Assembly (NCBI GenBank): GCA_000092065.1
Contig: CP000581.1
Strand: one strand, 5' to 3'
Length of the DNA: 64,000 nucleotides
Source of the DNA: Ostreococcus lucimarinus
Lineage: Eukaryota
Under the pieces are notes generated by a model that saw nothing but the letters and a program-made list of their open reading frames with translations, was not told the DNA's origin and made no database searches. Each line of letters opens with the position of its first letter. The stretch's first letter is position 1. The translations under genes and the position numbers were made by a program. Positions 11,401-20,713 of the stretch are shown here, in pieces.

Positions 11401-13071
11401 ACGTCCGAAAACTAGGTCCGTTTGCTTCGCAAACGTCTGAGCGAGGACGGGATCAGGGTTATCTAACCCTGTGACGACGACTTGAGCCATTCGCACCGGT
11501 ACTTTGTGATCGTAGAAATGGGACATCATCCCAACCATATCCCACGTCGACATGTCTGACGGATCCAGGAAAACGGCCATATTGTAGAGATTGTACCTCA
11601 CTTTCGGAAATCCGCCTCGCGAAGGTTCGAGCAACGTTTTCAAATTCCTAGTCCACGAAGCGAACTTCGCGTCGGCCTCGATGTCGTTGTAAAACAGGAT
11701 TGCCGGGTTCGTCACGTCAATCTTGACCTCAGAGCTTCGCTGCTTTTTGGGCAAGCGAAGAAGCCTTGAAACGCTCGATTGCGGCAACCCAAGACGACGA
11801 AGCGCAGCGGCGTGCTGTACCTCCTTTGATATGGTCTCCGTCAAGGTGTAGATGTCGATGGTGTCGAGTTCTAAATTCTCGCCGTTGAGCGACATGATCA
11901 ACCCTCCGGGACGCATGTTTTTGCGATTTTTCGTCACTTCATTAACGATTGTCGAATTCAGTTTCATGCGAGACAATGAGTTCGCTAAAGAAGGGAAATT
12001 TTGCGAGAGCTCGACCAGGGCTCGGAGAGGATCGTCGGAGAGCGAGATGCGCTGCGTCGCCTGCAAGCCTAAATCCTTGATATCCCACAATTTCAGAGGC
12101 GCATCCGAGGTCAGCTCCGACTTTCCAACCATCGCGTCGCGAAATGCGCGTAGACCATCGACTTCGTTCGGATATCTCTTTGCTAATGTAGCGAAATTAA
12201 ATCCCGACACGCTCTCGTCTGCGAGCTCGTCGCCGAGCGGCGCCGACGCGTCGTCGTCCGCATCAGCCTCTTCGGCCTTGACCTTGCTATCATCAATCGC
12301 CTTGTACTCCATATTTTTCACCGCGAGCTCGACACCGAATCCGGCCAGGCGCAAGTTGGCGTCGTCAGACGCCCCGAACGCAGCGCACGAATCTCTTCTC
12401 GCGCACGCCGTCTCGAACAGTACCGGTCTTAAAACGTAGTTCACCAGACCGGACTCGCTCGCATCGACTAAAACGCGGTGCATCGAGTTAAAACACGCCG
12501 TCCCGGGCGCGGCGTACGCGAAAGCCGTCGGCAACGTCGCATTGAGCGCACCGCCGTACGTCGCGTCGCGTTCCGTCGCGCTCCCGCTCGCGCTCGCCGC
12601 GCCCGCGCGCACCGCCCCCTCCAGCGCCCCCGTGTCGTCATACACCGCCCCCCCCAACTCCACGCGACAGCATCCACCGCTCGCATCGCTCAGCGCCGCC
12701 GCCATCGTCCGAAAACTCGCCAGTCTCGGCGAGTACGCTCGCGCGCCGCGCGCCAATCCCAACGCCCGCGCGCGTCCATCGTCCCCGAGCGCCCGTCGTC
12801 CCGCCTCGTCCACGCGCGCCTCGCACGTCGCGTCATCGCTCGCGTCGCCATCGATCGGCGCGTCCAGATCGTCGACGAGCGTCCAGAACGCCGCGCCATC
12901 GACGTCCGCGACGCCGACCAGCGTTTCCAACGCGAACGACGTCGCGCGCCATCCCGCGCGCAGCGCGACGTCGATCGATTTCGCGCCCGCCGCGCCGCGC
13001 GCGAGCGCGCACGCGACGAGCAGCGACGCGATCGCGCGGCGCGCGCGCGCGCGCGGCGTCTCGACGCGCAT
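8434..13071 (-). CDS. UGGT: UDP-glucose:glycoprotein glucosyltransferase (ER folding sensor)
   Basis: 1545-aa single ORF with a signal-peptide-like N-terminus. C-terminal GT8/GT24 catalytic domain (..[75 protein letters not shown]..) and a terminal ..VKDEL ER-retention signal. Real ATG at 13071. Confidence 0.9.
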   Translation of the reverse strand: [1545 protein letters not shown]

Positions 13072-13163
13072 CGCCGCGCGGATGAGTGACGCGCCGGCGC
13101 GCGCGGCGTCATCTCTCGACGCGCGACGCGTCGCGCGGACGCGCGCGCGCGCGACGCGACGCG

Positions 13164-13733
13164 ATGGTGCTCGGCGTGTCCACGACGACGCTCGTGCTCG
13201 CGATCGGCGCCGGCGCGCTGGCGCTCGGGCCGAGAGACGTCCCGGTGGCGGCGAAATTCTTGGGAAGACTCACGGGACGCGCGGTGGCGCACGTCGGCGG
13301 CGTCGCGCGCGCGATCGAGCGCGCGACGAACGAGCGGGAGCTGCGAGGGATACGCGCGGAGGTGCGAGCGTCGATGAAGGACCTGCGAGGGGTGGCGCGG
13401 GAGATCGAGCGGGAGTTGACGCCGTCGGGACGGCGCGGCGAGGACGAGGGCGAGGGCGAACGCGAGGGCGGGACGAGCGCGACGGCGACGACGGCGACGT
13501 CGAGGGACGATTCGAGGACGTCGACGTCGGCGAGATACGAACGGGTGATTCCGGTGAGCGCGCGCGCGGTCGGGGCGACGCCGGCGAGCGGCGGGTTCGG
13601 CGTCGCCGGTTCCGAAGTGCTCGCGGCGAGTTTTAAAGAGCGCGAGGTCGCGCTCAAGGCGGCGCGGTTGATGGAGAGCGGCGCGATCGATGACTATTTA
13701 GCGAAGCGCGAGCGCGAGGGGGGCACCGAGTAG
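13164..13733 (+). CDS. TatB/Hcf106-like twin-arginine translocase subunit, no N-terminal presequence
   Basis: First real ATG at 13164; the track's 13086 is GTG. MVLGVSTTTLVLAIGAGALALGPRDVPVAAKFLGRLTGRAVAHV.. has the TatB pattern: TM helix, GP hinge, amphipathic helix (compare E. coli TatB [37 protein letters not shown]). The rest is an acidic/basic tail. Confidence 0.45.
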   Translation: MVLGVSTTTLVLAIGAGALALGPRDVPVAAKFLGRLTGRAVAHVGGVARAIERATNERELRGIRAEVRASMKDLRGVAREIERELTPSGRRGEDEGEGEREGGTSATATTATSRDDSRTSTSARYERVIPVSARAVGATPASGGFGVAGSEVLAASFKEREVALKAARLMESGAIDDYLAKREREGGTE

Positions 13734-13838
13734 AGACGCGGACGAAGCGCGCTGCGGTAGTAGGGACTTAGACGAATAGCAAAGAAACGGTGTGGTAAAA
13801 ACATACTTGCCAGTATCAACGAAAATCAACTCCGCGCT

Positions 13839-14579
13839 CTAAAGCTTGTCGAGAATGTGCTCGGTGACTTGCTTGCGAGTGTCCTCGGGCGACGTCACGG
13901 TGTGCCCGATCGTCTTCGGAGACTCGAAAATCTCGTGGTCGTTACCGCCCGGGTACGTCTTGTCGCCGAAGAAGTGAATGACGTCGAAGTCGTTCTCCAC
14001 GAATTGCAAGCAGTACGTCTTATCCCATCCCTGCGGGAACACGTCGAACGAAATCTGTCCCCCGATGGAGTACGTCAGCCCGTAATCCGCGAATTCTTTG
14101 CGCAGAGTCTCCACCATCGCCTTGCGCACGCCCGCCTTTTCGTCAAAGCGCTCGAACTCGTCCCGCTCCTCCTGACTGCAATTTCTCCCGATCGGCGACA
14201 CGTTCAGCATCCCCGCCCTGAACTCGATGAACGTCCCCCGCTTCACCGGGACGTCCAAATCCGCCACGTAGTGCAGCACAAAGTTAATAAACCGCTTCAA
14301 CTTGTCCTCGCCCAGAAACGCCTTGAGCGACTGCTTCGCCAGGAGCGCGCCATCCTTGTACGCCACCAGCCCGTTCTCCGAGAACAAGTACGCGTACTCC
14401 CGCTCCACGCCCTCGCCGAGCTGTTCGGAGATCTTCACCAGATCCGACCCGCCCACGATCCCGACCGTCACCCTCGACCGCAGATCCTCCATGAAGCGCT
14501 TCATGACGTCGTCCGCCTCCTTTCGCGGCACCGTCAGCGTGCCGTCGACGTCGAACAGCGCGAGCACGCGCGGCGACAT
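13839..14579 (-). CDS. PMM: Phosphomannomutase (HAD superfamily)
   Basis: 246 aa from real ATG at 14579: [20 protein letters not shown].. (DVDGT HAD motif) ..[36 protein letters not shown]... Upstream of 14579 the long ORF is microsatellite-encoded R/A noise. Confidence 0.9.
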   Translation of the reverse strand: MSPRVLALFDVDGTLTVPRKEADDVMKRFMEDLRSRVTVGIVGGSDLVKISEQLGEGVEREYAYLFSENGLVAYKDGALLAKQSLKAFLGEDKLKRFINFVLHYVADLDVPVKRGTFIEFRAGMLNVSPIGRNCSQEERDEFERFDEKAGVRKAMVETLRKEFADYGLTYSIGGQISFDVFPQGWDKTYCLQFVENDFDVIHFFGDKTYPGGNDHEIFESPKTIGHTVTSPEDTRKQVTEHILDKL

Positions 14580-14599
14580 GTCGCGGTGCGTTCGCGCGT

Positions 14600-14990
14600 T
14601 CGCCGTATCTCTCGCTCGCTCGCGTCGCGTCGCGTCGCGTCGCGTCGCGTCGCGTCCACGTGTGCGGCGCGCGGACGGCCGCACCGCACACCGCACGCCG
14701 CACGCCGTCGTCGTCGTCGTCGCCGATCGGTCGCCCGCGCGTCGGTCGGTCGGTCGGTCGGTCGGTTTCGTTTCCGTCGCGCGCGCGTCGTCGTCGCGGC
14801 CGCCGGACCGCCGGACCGCCGGACCGCCGGACCGCCGGTCCGCCGGTCGCGCGCGCGGTCGCGTCGGCATCTTGCGCGCCACCGCGCGCGCGTCGACGCG
14901 CGGCGCCTCGGCGAGGTCCCGCGCGCGACGCGGACGCGCGCGCGTCGTCGACGCGCGTCCGACGCGCGCCGTCGCGCCGTCGCGCCGTCG
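14600..14990. repeat. Cluster of GC-rich microsatellites in the PMM/enolase bidirectional promoter
   Basis: (gcgtc)x7 at about 14621-14656, (gtcg)x6 at about 14741-14766, (cgccggac)x4+(cgccggtc)x2 at about 14801-14848, and (gtcgcgcc)n near 14960-14990. Confidence 0.8.
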
Positions 14991-15154
14991 CGCGCGTCGT
15001 CGCCGTCGCCGTCGCGCGCGGCGTCGCCGTCGGCGACCGACCGCGCGTGGTCCGACCGACCGCGCGGATAAGCCGGAAAAACCCACCGACCGAGGGTCGC
15101 GACTCGATCGAGACCCCCTCGGGGTGACGACGTATGCGCGCCAGTGCGAACGCA

Positions 15155-15164
15155 TATATACCTC
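15155..15164 (+). promoter_or_regulatory. TATA-like element upstream of enolase
   Basis: catatatacc sits in otherwise about 75% GC sequence, roughly 140 bp upstream of the enolase ATG at 15299. It argues against the upstream in-frame ATG at 15134 being the start. Confidence 0.3.
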
Positions 15165-15298
15165 CCGCGCGCGCCCCACACGGGCGAAACGCGCGCGCAG
15201 TACGCCCCCGCGCGCCGCGGTCGCGCGCGGCGCGTGAGGGCTTGCGCCGGCGCGCCGTCGCGGCGCCCGACGCCGCACACGACGACGCGACGCGCGCG

Positions 15299-17137
15299 AT
15301 GAGCGTTCAGGAGTACATCGAGAAGCACGATCTCACGAAGAAGATCGAGGAGGCGCTCAACGCCGCGGTCAAGGCCAAGGCGGATGAGCCGCTCGCGTTC
15401 GTGGTGCGCGCGACGCGACGCGATTGACGCGCGAACGCGATGGATGCGCGCGACCGCGGCGCGACGTCGAGGGCGAAGGGCGACGCGCGCGAAGGCGCGC
15501 GAAGGCGCGCGAGCGATGCGTTCGATGGCGTGGAAAACGTGCGGGCGAATGGGACGGGACGCGGGATCGGTGCGAGCGCGCGCGCGCGGGGGGGGGGTCG
15601 TTACGATCGCGGGAGGCGATCGGGTGTCTGGATAAAAGCGCGCGGCGCGCGCGGGCGATCGCGCTCGCGGAGGGGTGGGCGGGGCGAACGCCGTCGCCGT
15701 TCGGGATCGGGCGTGGAGGATTCGGGCGCGAAGATGCGTCGCGCGGCGACGCGGCGCGACGAAAAGACGATTGACTGACGATTCGACGAATGCTTACGAC
15801 GCGCGCAGAGCGAGTACATGAAAAAGCGCACGACGCCCGCCATCACGAAGGTCGTCGGTCGCCAAATTTTTGACTCTCGCGGTAACCCGACGGTTGAAGC
15901 CGATGTGTACACGCACAAGGGTATGTTCCGCGCCATGGTGCCGAGTGGTGCGTCCACGGGTATCTACGAAGCCGTGGAACTTCGCGACGGCGGCAAGGAA
16001 TACATGGGCAAGGGCGTCATGCAAGCCGTGAAGAACTTGAACGAAATCATCGCCCCGGCGCTCATCGGCAAGGACCCGCGCGACCAAAAGGCGATCGATG
16101 ATTTCATGTGCAAAGATCTCGACGGTACGGACAACAAGGGCAAGCTCGGCGCCAACGCCGTGCTCGCGGTTTCCATGGCCGTCGCCAAGGCTGGCGCCGC
16201 CGAGAAGGACGTGCCGCTCTACCAACACATCGCCGACCTCGCCGGTAACGGCAAGTTGGTGCTCCCGGTGCCGGCGTTCAACGTCATCAACGGTGGTTCC
16301 CACGCTGGTAACAAGCTCGCCATGCAAGAGTTCATGATCTTGCCGGTCGGGGCTTCCTCCTTCAAGGAGGCGATGCAAATGGGCTCCGAAGTCTACCACA
16401 ACTTGAAGTCGGTCATCAAGAAGAAGTACGGCCAAGATGCGTGCAACGTCGGTGACGAAGGTGGCTTCGCCCCGAACATTCAAGACAACAAGGAAGGTCT
16501 CGACCTCCTCGTTGAAGCGATCGAAAAGGCTGGCTACACCGGTAAGATGAAGATCGGTATGGACGTCGCCGCGTCTGAATTCTTGACCGAAGACAAGTGC
16601 TACGATCTCGACTTCAAGACCGAAGGCAACGACGGTTCCATGAAGAAGACTGGTGCCGAGATGATCGACTTGTACCAAGAGTTCATCAGCGAGTACCCGA
16701 TGATCTCCATCGAGGATCCGTTCGACCAAGACGACGCTGAAAACACCGCCGCGCTCACGGCGAAGAACAACTGCCAAATCGTCGGCGACGACTTGTTGGT
16801 GACCAACCCGAAGCGCGTGCAAGCCGCCATCGACGGCAAGTGGTGCAACGCCCTCTTGCTCAAGGTGAACCAAATCGGCACCATCTCCGAGTCCATCGAG
16901 GCCGTCGGCATGTCCAAGAAGGCTGGCTGGGGTGTCATGGCTTCCCACCGCTCCGGCGAAACCGAAGATTCCTTCATCGCCGATCTCGCCGTGGGCTTGT
17001 CCACCGGTCAAATCAAGACGGGCGCCCCGTGCCGCTCCGAGCGTTTGGCCAAGTACAACCAGCTCTTGCGCATCGAAGAAGAACTCGGTGACAAGGCTGT
17101 CTACGCCGGCGCGTCGTACAAGCACATTGCTTGGTAA
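15299..17137 (+). CDS. ENO: Enolase with a 35-aa N-terminal Dpy-30/RIIa-like extension (2 exons)
   Basis: Exon 2 (15809-17137) is a canonical enolase (..[41 protein letters not shown]..). Exon 1 (15299-15403, [35 protein letters not shown]) ends at a gtgcgc donor. Intron 15404-15808 has actgac 29 nt before acceptor gcgcgcag. The junction is in phase and gives ..LAFV|[15 protein letters not shown]... Confidence 0.85.
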
Positions 17138-17436
17138 ACGCGCGTTAGGACACGCTCGGCACAATTACGTTTGTGCGCGCGTCGAGCGCCCCAGTCGCTC
17201 GTCGCGCCCCGCGATCGCGCTTTGCTTTGCCTTTGCTTGCATTAGAGCCACACCTTTCATATAATCCAACACAATTAGAAAAGCAACTCTACGCGTCGCC
17301 GTTCCCGAAAACGCGGGGGCAGGGTGCCGTTTTCTGTCCCGATGGAGGCCCCCAAGATGACGTTTCGCCCAATCGCGTCGACGCGACCGCACAGCGCGAC
17401 GCGACCGCGCAGTGCGAAGGCGCGCCGGCGGTGGAA

Positions 17437-18198
17437 ATGTCCTCGCTCGAGCGCGCGTCGCGCTCGAGCGCGCGCGCGGCGTCCGCGCGCGAGGACGCGA
17501 CGCGCGACGTCGCCGCGACGATTCAAGACAAAGATATTTTCGTCAAAGAATCCGCGTCGAAGGCGGCGTCGAACGCGCGCGACGGCGCGCGCGAACGCGA
17601 GTACGCGCGCGCGATGAAAGCAGACGTCGTCTGCGGCGGCGACGGACGCGCGGGAAAGAGTCGAAGCGCGCGCGGACGGGGACGGCGACGCGGCGCGAGG
17701 CGGTTGCTCGACGAGGCGTCGGCGTCGACGTCGCGATCGAGCGATCCCGGCGCGGACGCGCGATCGATGGTGAAGAACGAGGCGTTACTGGCGAGAGAGC
17801 GCGAATGCGCGGTGCGCGACGAGATCTGGGCGACGAGACTCGAGGACGACGAGACGACGGGGTACGACTTCGAAGCCACGCTCGAAGAACTTTGGATGGA
17901 TTGGTGGTGGAAGATGAGTCGAGGCGAGCGTCTGAGCGCGGAAAAGGCGTCCGTGATGGACATGCTGACGGCGATCGTCAACGGCACGAGCTCGAGGGAC
18001 ATCGAAACCGGCGTGCGTCGCGTGAGCGTCGCCGAGGCGTCCGAGTCCTCCGACTGCCCGGTGTGTCTCGAAGACGACGACTCTCGCGCCGACATCGTCC
18101 GACTCACGCGCTGCGAGCACACGTTTCACATCGACTGCATCGCCCCGTGGCTCCAACGACACAAAACCTGCCCGAAATGCCGCGCGCGCGTGCGTTGA
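17437..18198 (+). CDS. RING-H2 zinc-finger protein (putative E3 ubiquitin ligase)
   Basis: C-terminal CPVCLEDDDSRADIVRLTRCEHTFHIDCIAPWLQRHKTCPKCR. Start set at real ATG 17437 (MSSLERASRSS..). 17173-17436 is an AT-richer, promoter-like tract (ttcatataatccaacacaattag). Confidence 0.7.
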   Translation: MSSLERASRSSARAASAREDATRDVAATIQDKDIFVKESASKAASNARDGAREREYARAMKADVVCGGDGRAGKSRSARGRGRRRGARRLLDEASASTSRSSDPGADARSMVKNEALLARERECAVRDEIWATRLEDDETTGYDFEATLEELWMDWWWKMSRGERLSAEKASVMDMLTAIVNGTSSRDIETGVRRVSVAEASESSDCPVCLEDDDSRADIVRLTRCEHTFHIDCIAPWLQRHKTCPKCRARVR

Positions 18199-18471
18199 CG
18201 CCGCCCGCTCGCCGCTCGCCGCCGTCGCCGACGCGTCGTCGACGCGAATAATTCATTGTAACGCTGTACCGCTATCCACCTCGTCTCTCGTTGTCATCCC
18301 TCGTCTTCCTTCGTCTTCACTCGCCCGCCGTTCGCCGTCGTCTCGCGCGTCCCTCGCCCTCGCCTCGTCTCGCTCGGACGCGCCGCGCGCCGCGCTCGCG
18401 GTTTCGAATGCCCGGCGCGCGTCCACCAGATTTCTCTCGCTCGCGTCCGCCGCACACCGCCCCGTCGCGAG

Positions 18472-20606
18472 ATGTCGCGCGCGCGCGCGCGCGACGACGC
18501 GCGCGCTGTCGACGTCGCCCTCGCGTCGCGCGCGCGCCTTCGCGCGGGCCTGTACAACGCGTCGAACACGTGTTACCTGAACGCCATCCTCCAGGCGCGT
18601 CCGCGCGCGCGATCGCTCGCCGCGCGATGGCGCTCGCGCGGCCGCTCGGCGACGACGGCGACGACGACGACGACGACGCGCGACGCGAGCGACGACTGAC
18701 GACGACGACGCGCGCGCAGGCGCTGCGACACGTGCGCGCGTTTCGAGAATATCTGCTCGGCGACGAGGCGGCGGCGTTTTTATCGGCGCGCGCGACGCGA
18801 GGACGCGCGCGCGCGCGGTCGTTCGACGCCGGCGATGAGGTGCTGACGTTCGACGCGTCGCTGAAACGGAAGCGACGGACGGAGGGACGGTCGGGACGAG
18901 GGACGAGCGAATCGACGGCGAGCGAGGGCGACGCGGGACGAGACGACGCGGGGACGACGAGCGCGAGCGAGCGGGGAGGGGCGAAGAGGAGGTTCGCGAT
19001 GCGACCGCCGGCGATGACGCGAGAGAGGCGGGCGGATATGGCGAGCGCGGAAACGCTGGACGTGGGGGCGGAGATGCGGTGCGTGATGCGGACGCTGATG
19101 GATGGAGAGTACGAGGCGTTTCCGCCGCACGATTTGTTGCGAAGCGTGTGGAGGCTCGTGCCGTCGTTCGCGGGGAACGAACAGCAGGACGCGCACGAGT
19201 TCATGCGGTTCTTGTTGGATAGGTTGAGAAAGGAGTTGAGTAGTGGGAAACACGCGGTGAAAATGCGAGGGACGCTGACGCCGCGGCGGAAGGAACACTC
19301 GCCGTGCGAAAACGGCATTCCGAATCCTCCAACGCGAGCGAGAAGCGTGAGAAGCCGCAGCGGAAGATCGAGCCCGAGCCCGAGCTTTTTGAGAAACGAC
19401 GACGACGACGACGACGACGAGACGAAAAGTAGCGGCGCTGCACGCGGCTCGTCGCCGGTGAATGGGCTGTTGTCGAACGAAGATAGGCGAGTGGACGACG
19501 GCGACGAAGACGGAGGATACATCATCATGTCTCGTTGGGGGCCGAAGAGACACGACAAGGGTTGTATTTGCCGTCCTTGCAAGGCGCAGGCGAAGAAGGA
19601 AGCGCAAGAAGGGGTGCGCTGCGAAAAGTCCAAGACTACCACCGCCGATGCGAGCACGCATTTGAGTTCGCCTTCGAGCACGTTTGCGTCGCCGTCGCGG
19701 CTGTCGCGCGGGGTCACGGCGAGCGAGGTGAAGAGGCAACTCGAGGAGTCGCTTAAGGGATCTCAAACGAACGGATTGAAGGGTGGATTGTCACCCACGT
19801 CGCCGAAGACACCACAGGGGAAATGTGAACAAGATGACGGCGTGACGGGTGATAAAATCATGGAAATCTTCGGCGGCGTTGCGGTGACGACGGTGACGTG
19901 CATGAAGTGCGAGCGATCAAGCGAACGTCGAGAACCATTCATGGATCTTTCGCTTCCCATCCCTCCTGTCGTCGGGAAAAACGGCTCCGTGCCGTCGACC
20001 CCGGTTTCACCTTCGGTGGAGATCGAAGAAGGCGAAGGTCCTAACGGAGAGGCCACCCTGCAGCAATGTCTCGCGGCGTTTGTGCGCAACGAAACCCTCA
20101 GCGGACACGGGCGATACTTTTGCGACGGATGCGGTAAAGTTCAGAGTGCGACGAAATCTACGCGGATCGCCAAGCTCCCGCCTGTTCTGTGCTTGCACTT
20201 GAAACGTTTCACGTGGAAAGGTCACGCGATGCGCACCAAGCTCACGCACGACGTGGACTTCCCTTTGGATGATTTAGACTTAGCTCCTTACTGCGAGACC
20301 AACGGCGAAGCGGTGCAAAAACCTGAAAAGGTGCCGGCTTCGACGGGAAAGTCTCGTCGCACACCGAGGAAGAGCGCCATCCCCCCTGCGCAGGTTATGC
20401 GCAGCGATAAGATGTATGATCTCGTGGCTGTCGTCACGCATCACGGTTTGAACGCCGGTAGTGGGCACTACACCGCTTGCGCGCGAGAGTTCACCGCTGA
20501 AGGAAACAGCGACTGGCAGCACTTCAACGACGATGATGTCAACTCACTCACCGCGGAAGAAGTTCGAACGGGTCAGGGATATATCTTTTTATACGCGCGT
20601 AAGTAA
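18472..20606 (+). CDS. Ubiquitin carboxyl-terminal hydrolase (USP/UBP, peptidase C19), 2 exons with a GC-AG intron
   Basis: Cys box GLYNASNTCYLNAILQ ends exon 1 (18472-18594), in a different frame from the main ORF. Removing 18595-18719 (donor gcgcgt, branch actgac, acceptor gcgcgcag) gives ..LNAILQALRHVRAFREYLL... Downstream are ..EQQDAHEFMRFLLDRL.. and the His box YDLVAVVTHHGLNAGSGHYTACARE..GYIFLYARK. Confidence 0.8.
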
Positions 20607-20713
20607 GAATAGCACGATTTGCTTTGCTGTTATATCGAAACGACATTCATTGAAATTGCGATTTCCCGCGACGCGTGTCAAGGTTAAGTTTGATTACAAC
20701 AAGTACCGCGCTT

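Noticed and set aside
12478-13636. Long overlapping R/A/P/S-rich ORFs on both strands. Examples are 12542-13636, 14302-15237, 22191-23324, 38445-39794, 18780-19766 and 5088-5711, mostly antisense to real genes.
   Set aside because: Extreme Arg/Ala/Pro/Ser composition typical of stop-poor frames in about 70% GC DNA. They overlap well-supported genes on the other strand and carry no recognisable motifs. The ORF track also counts GTG/TTG as starts.
14600-14850. Short direct repeats that could superficially suggest a CRISPR-like array.
   Set aside because: Units are 4-8 bp perfect microsatellites with no spacers, in a eukaryotic nuclear context.
15134-15298. Upstream in-frame ATG at 15134 as the enolase start.
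   Set aside because: The stretch is R/A/P-rich and contains the only TATA-like element (15155-15164), which should lie upstream of the transcript start. The Dpy-30-like exon begins at the ATG at 15299.
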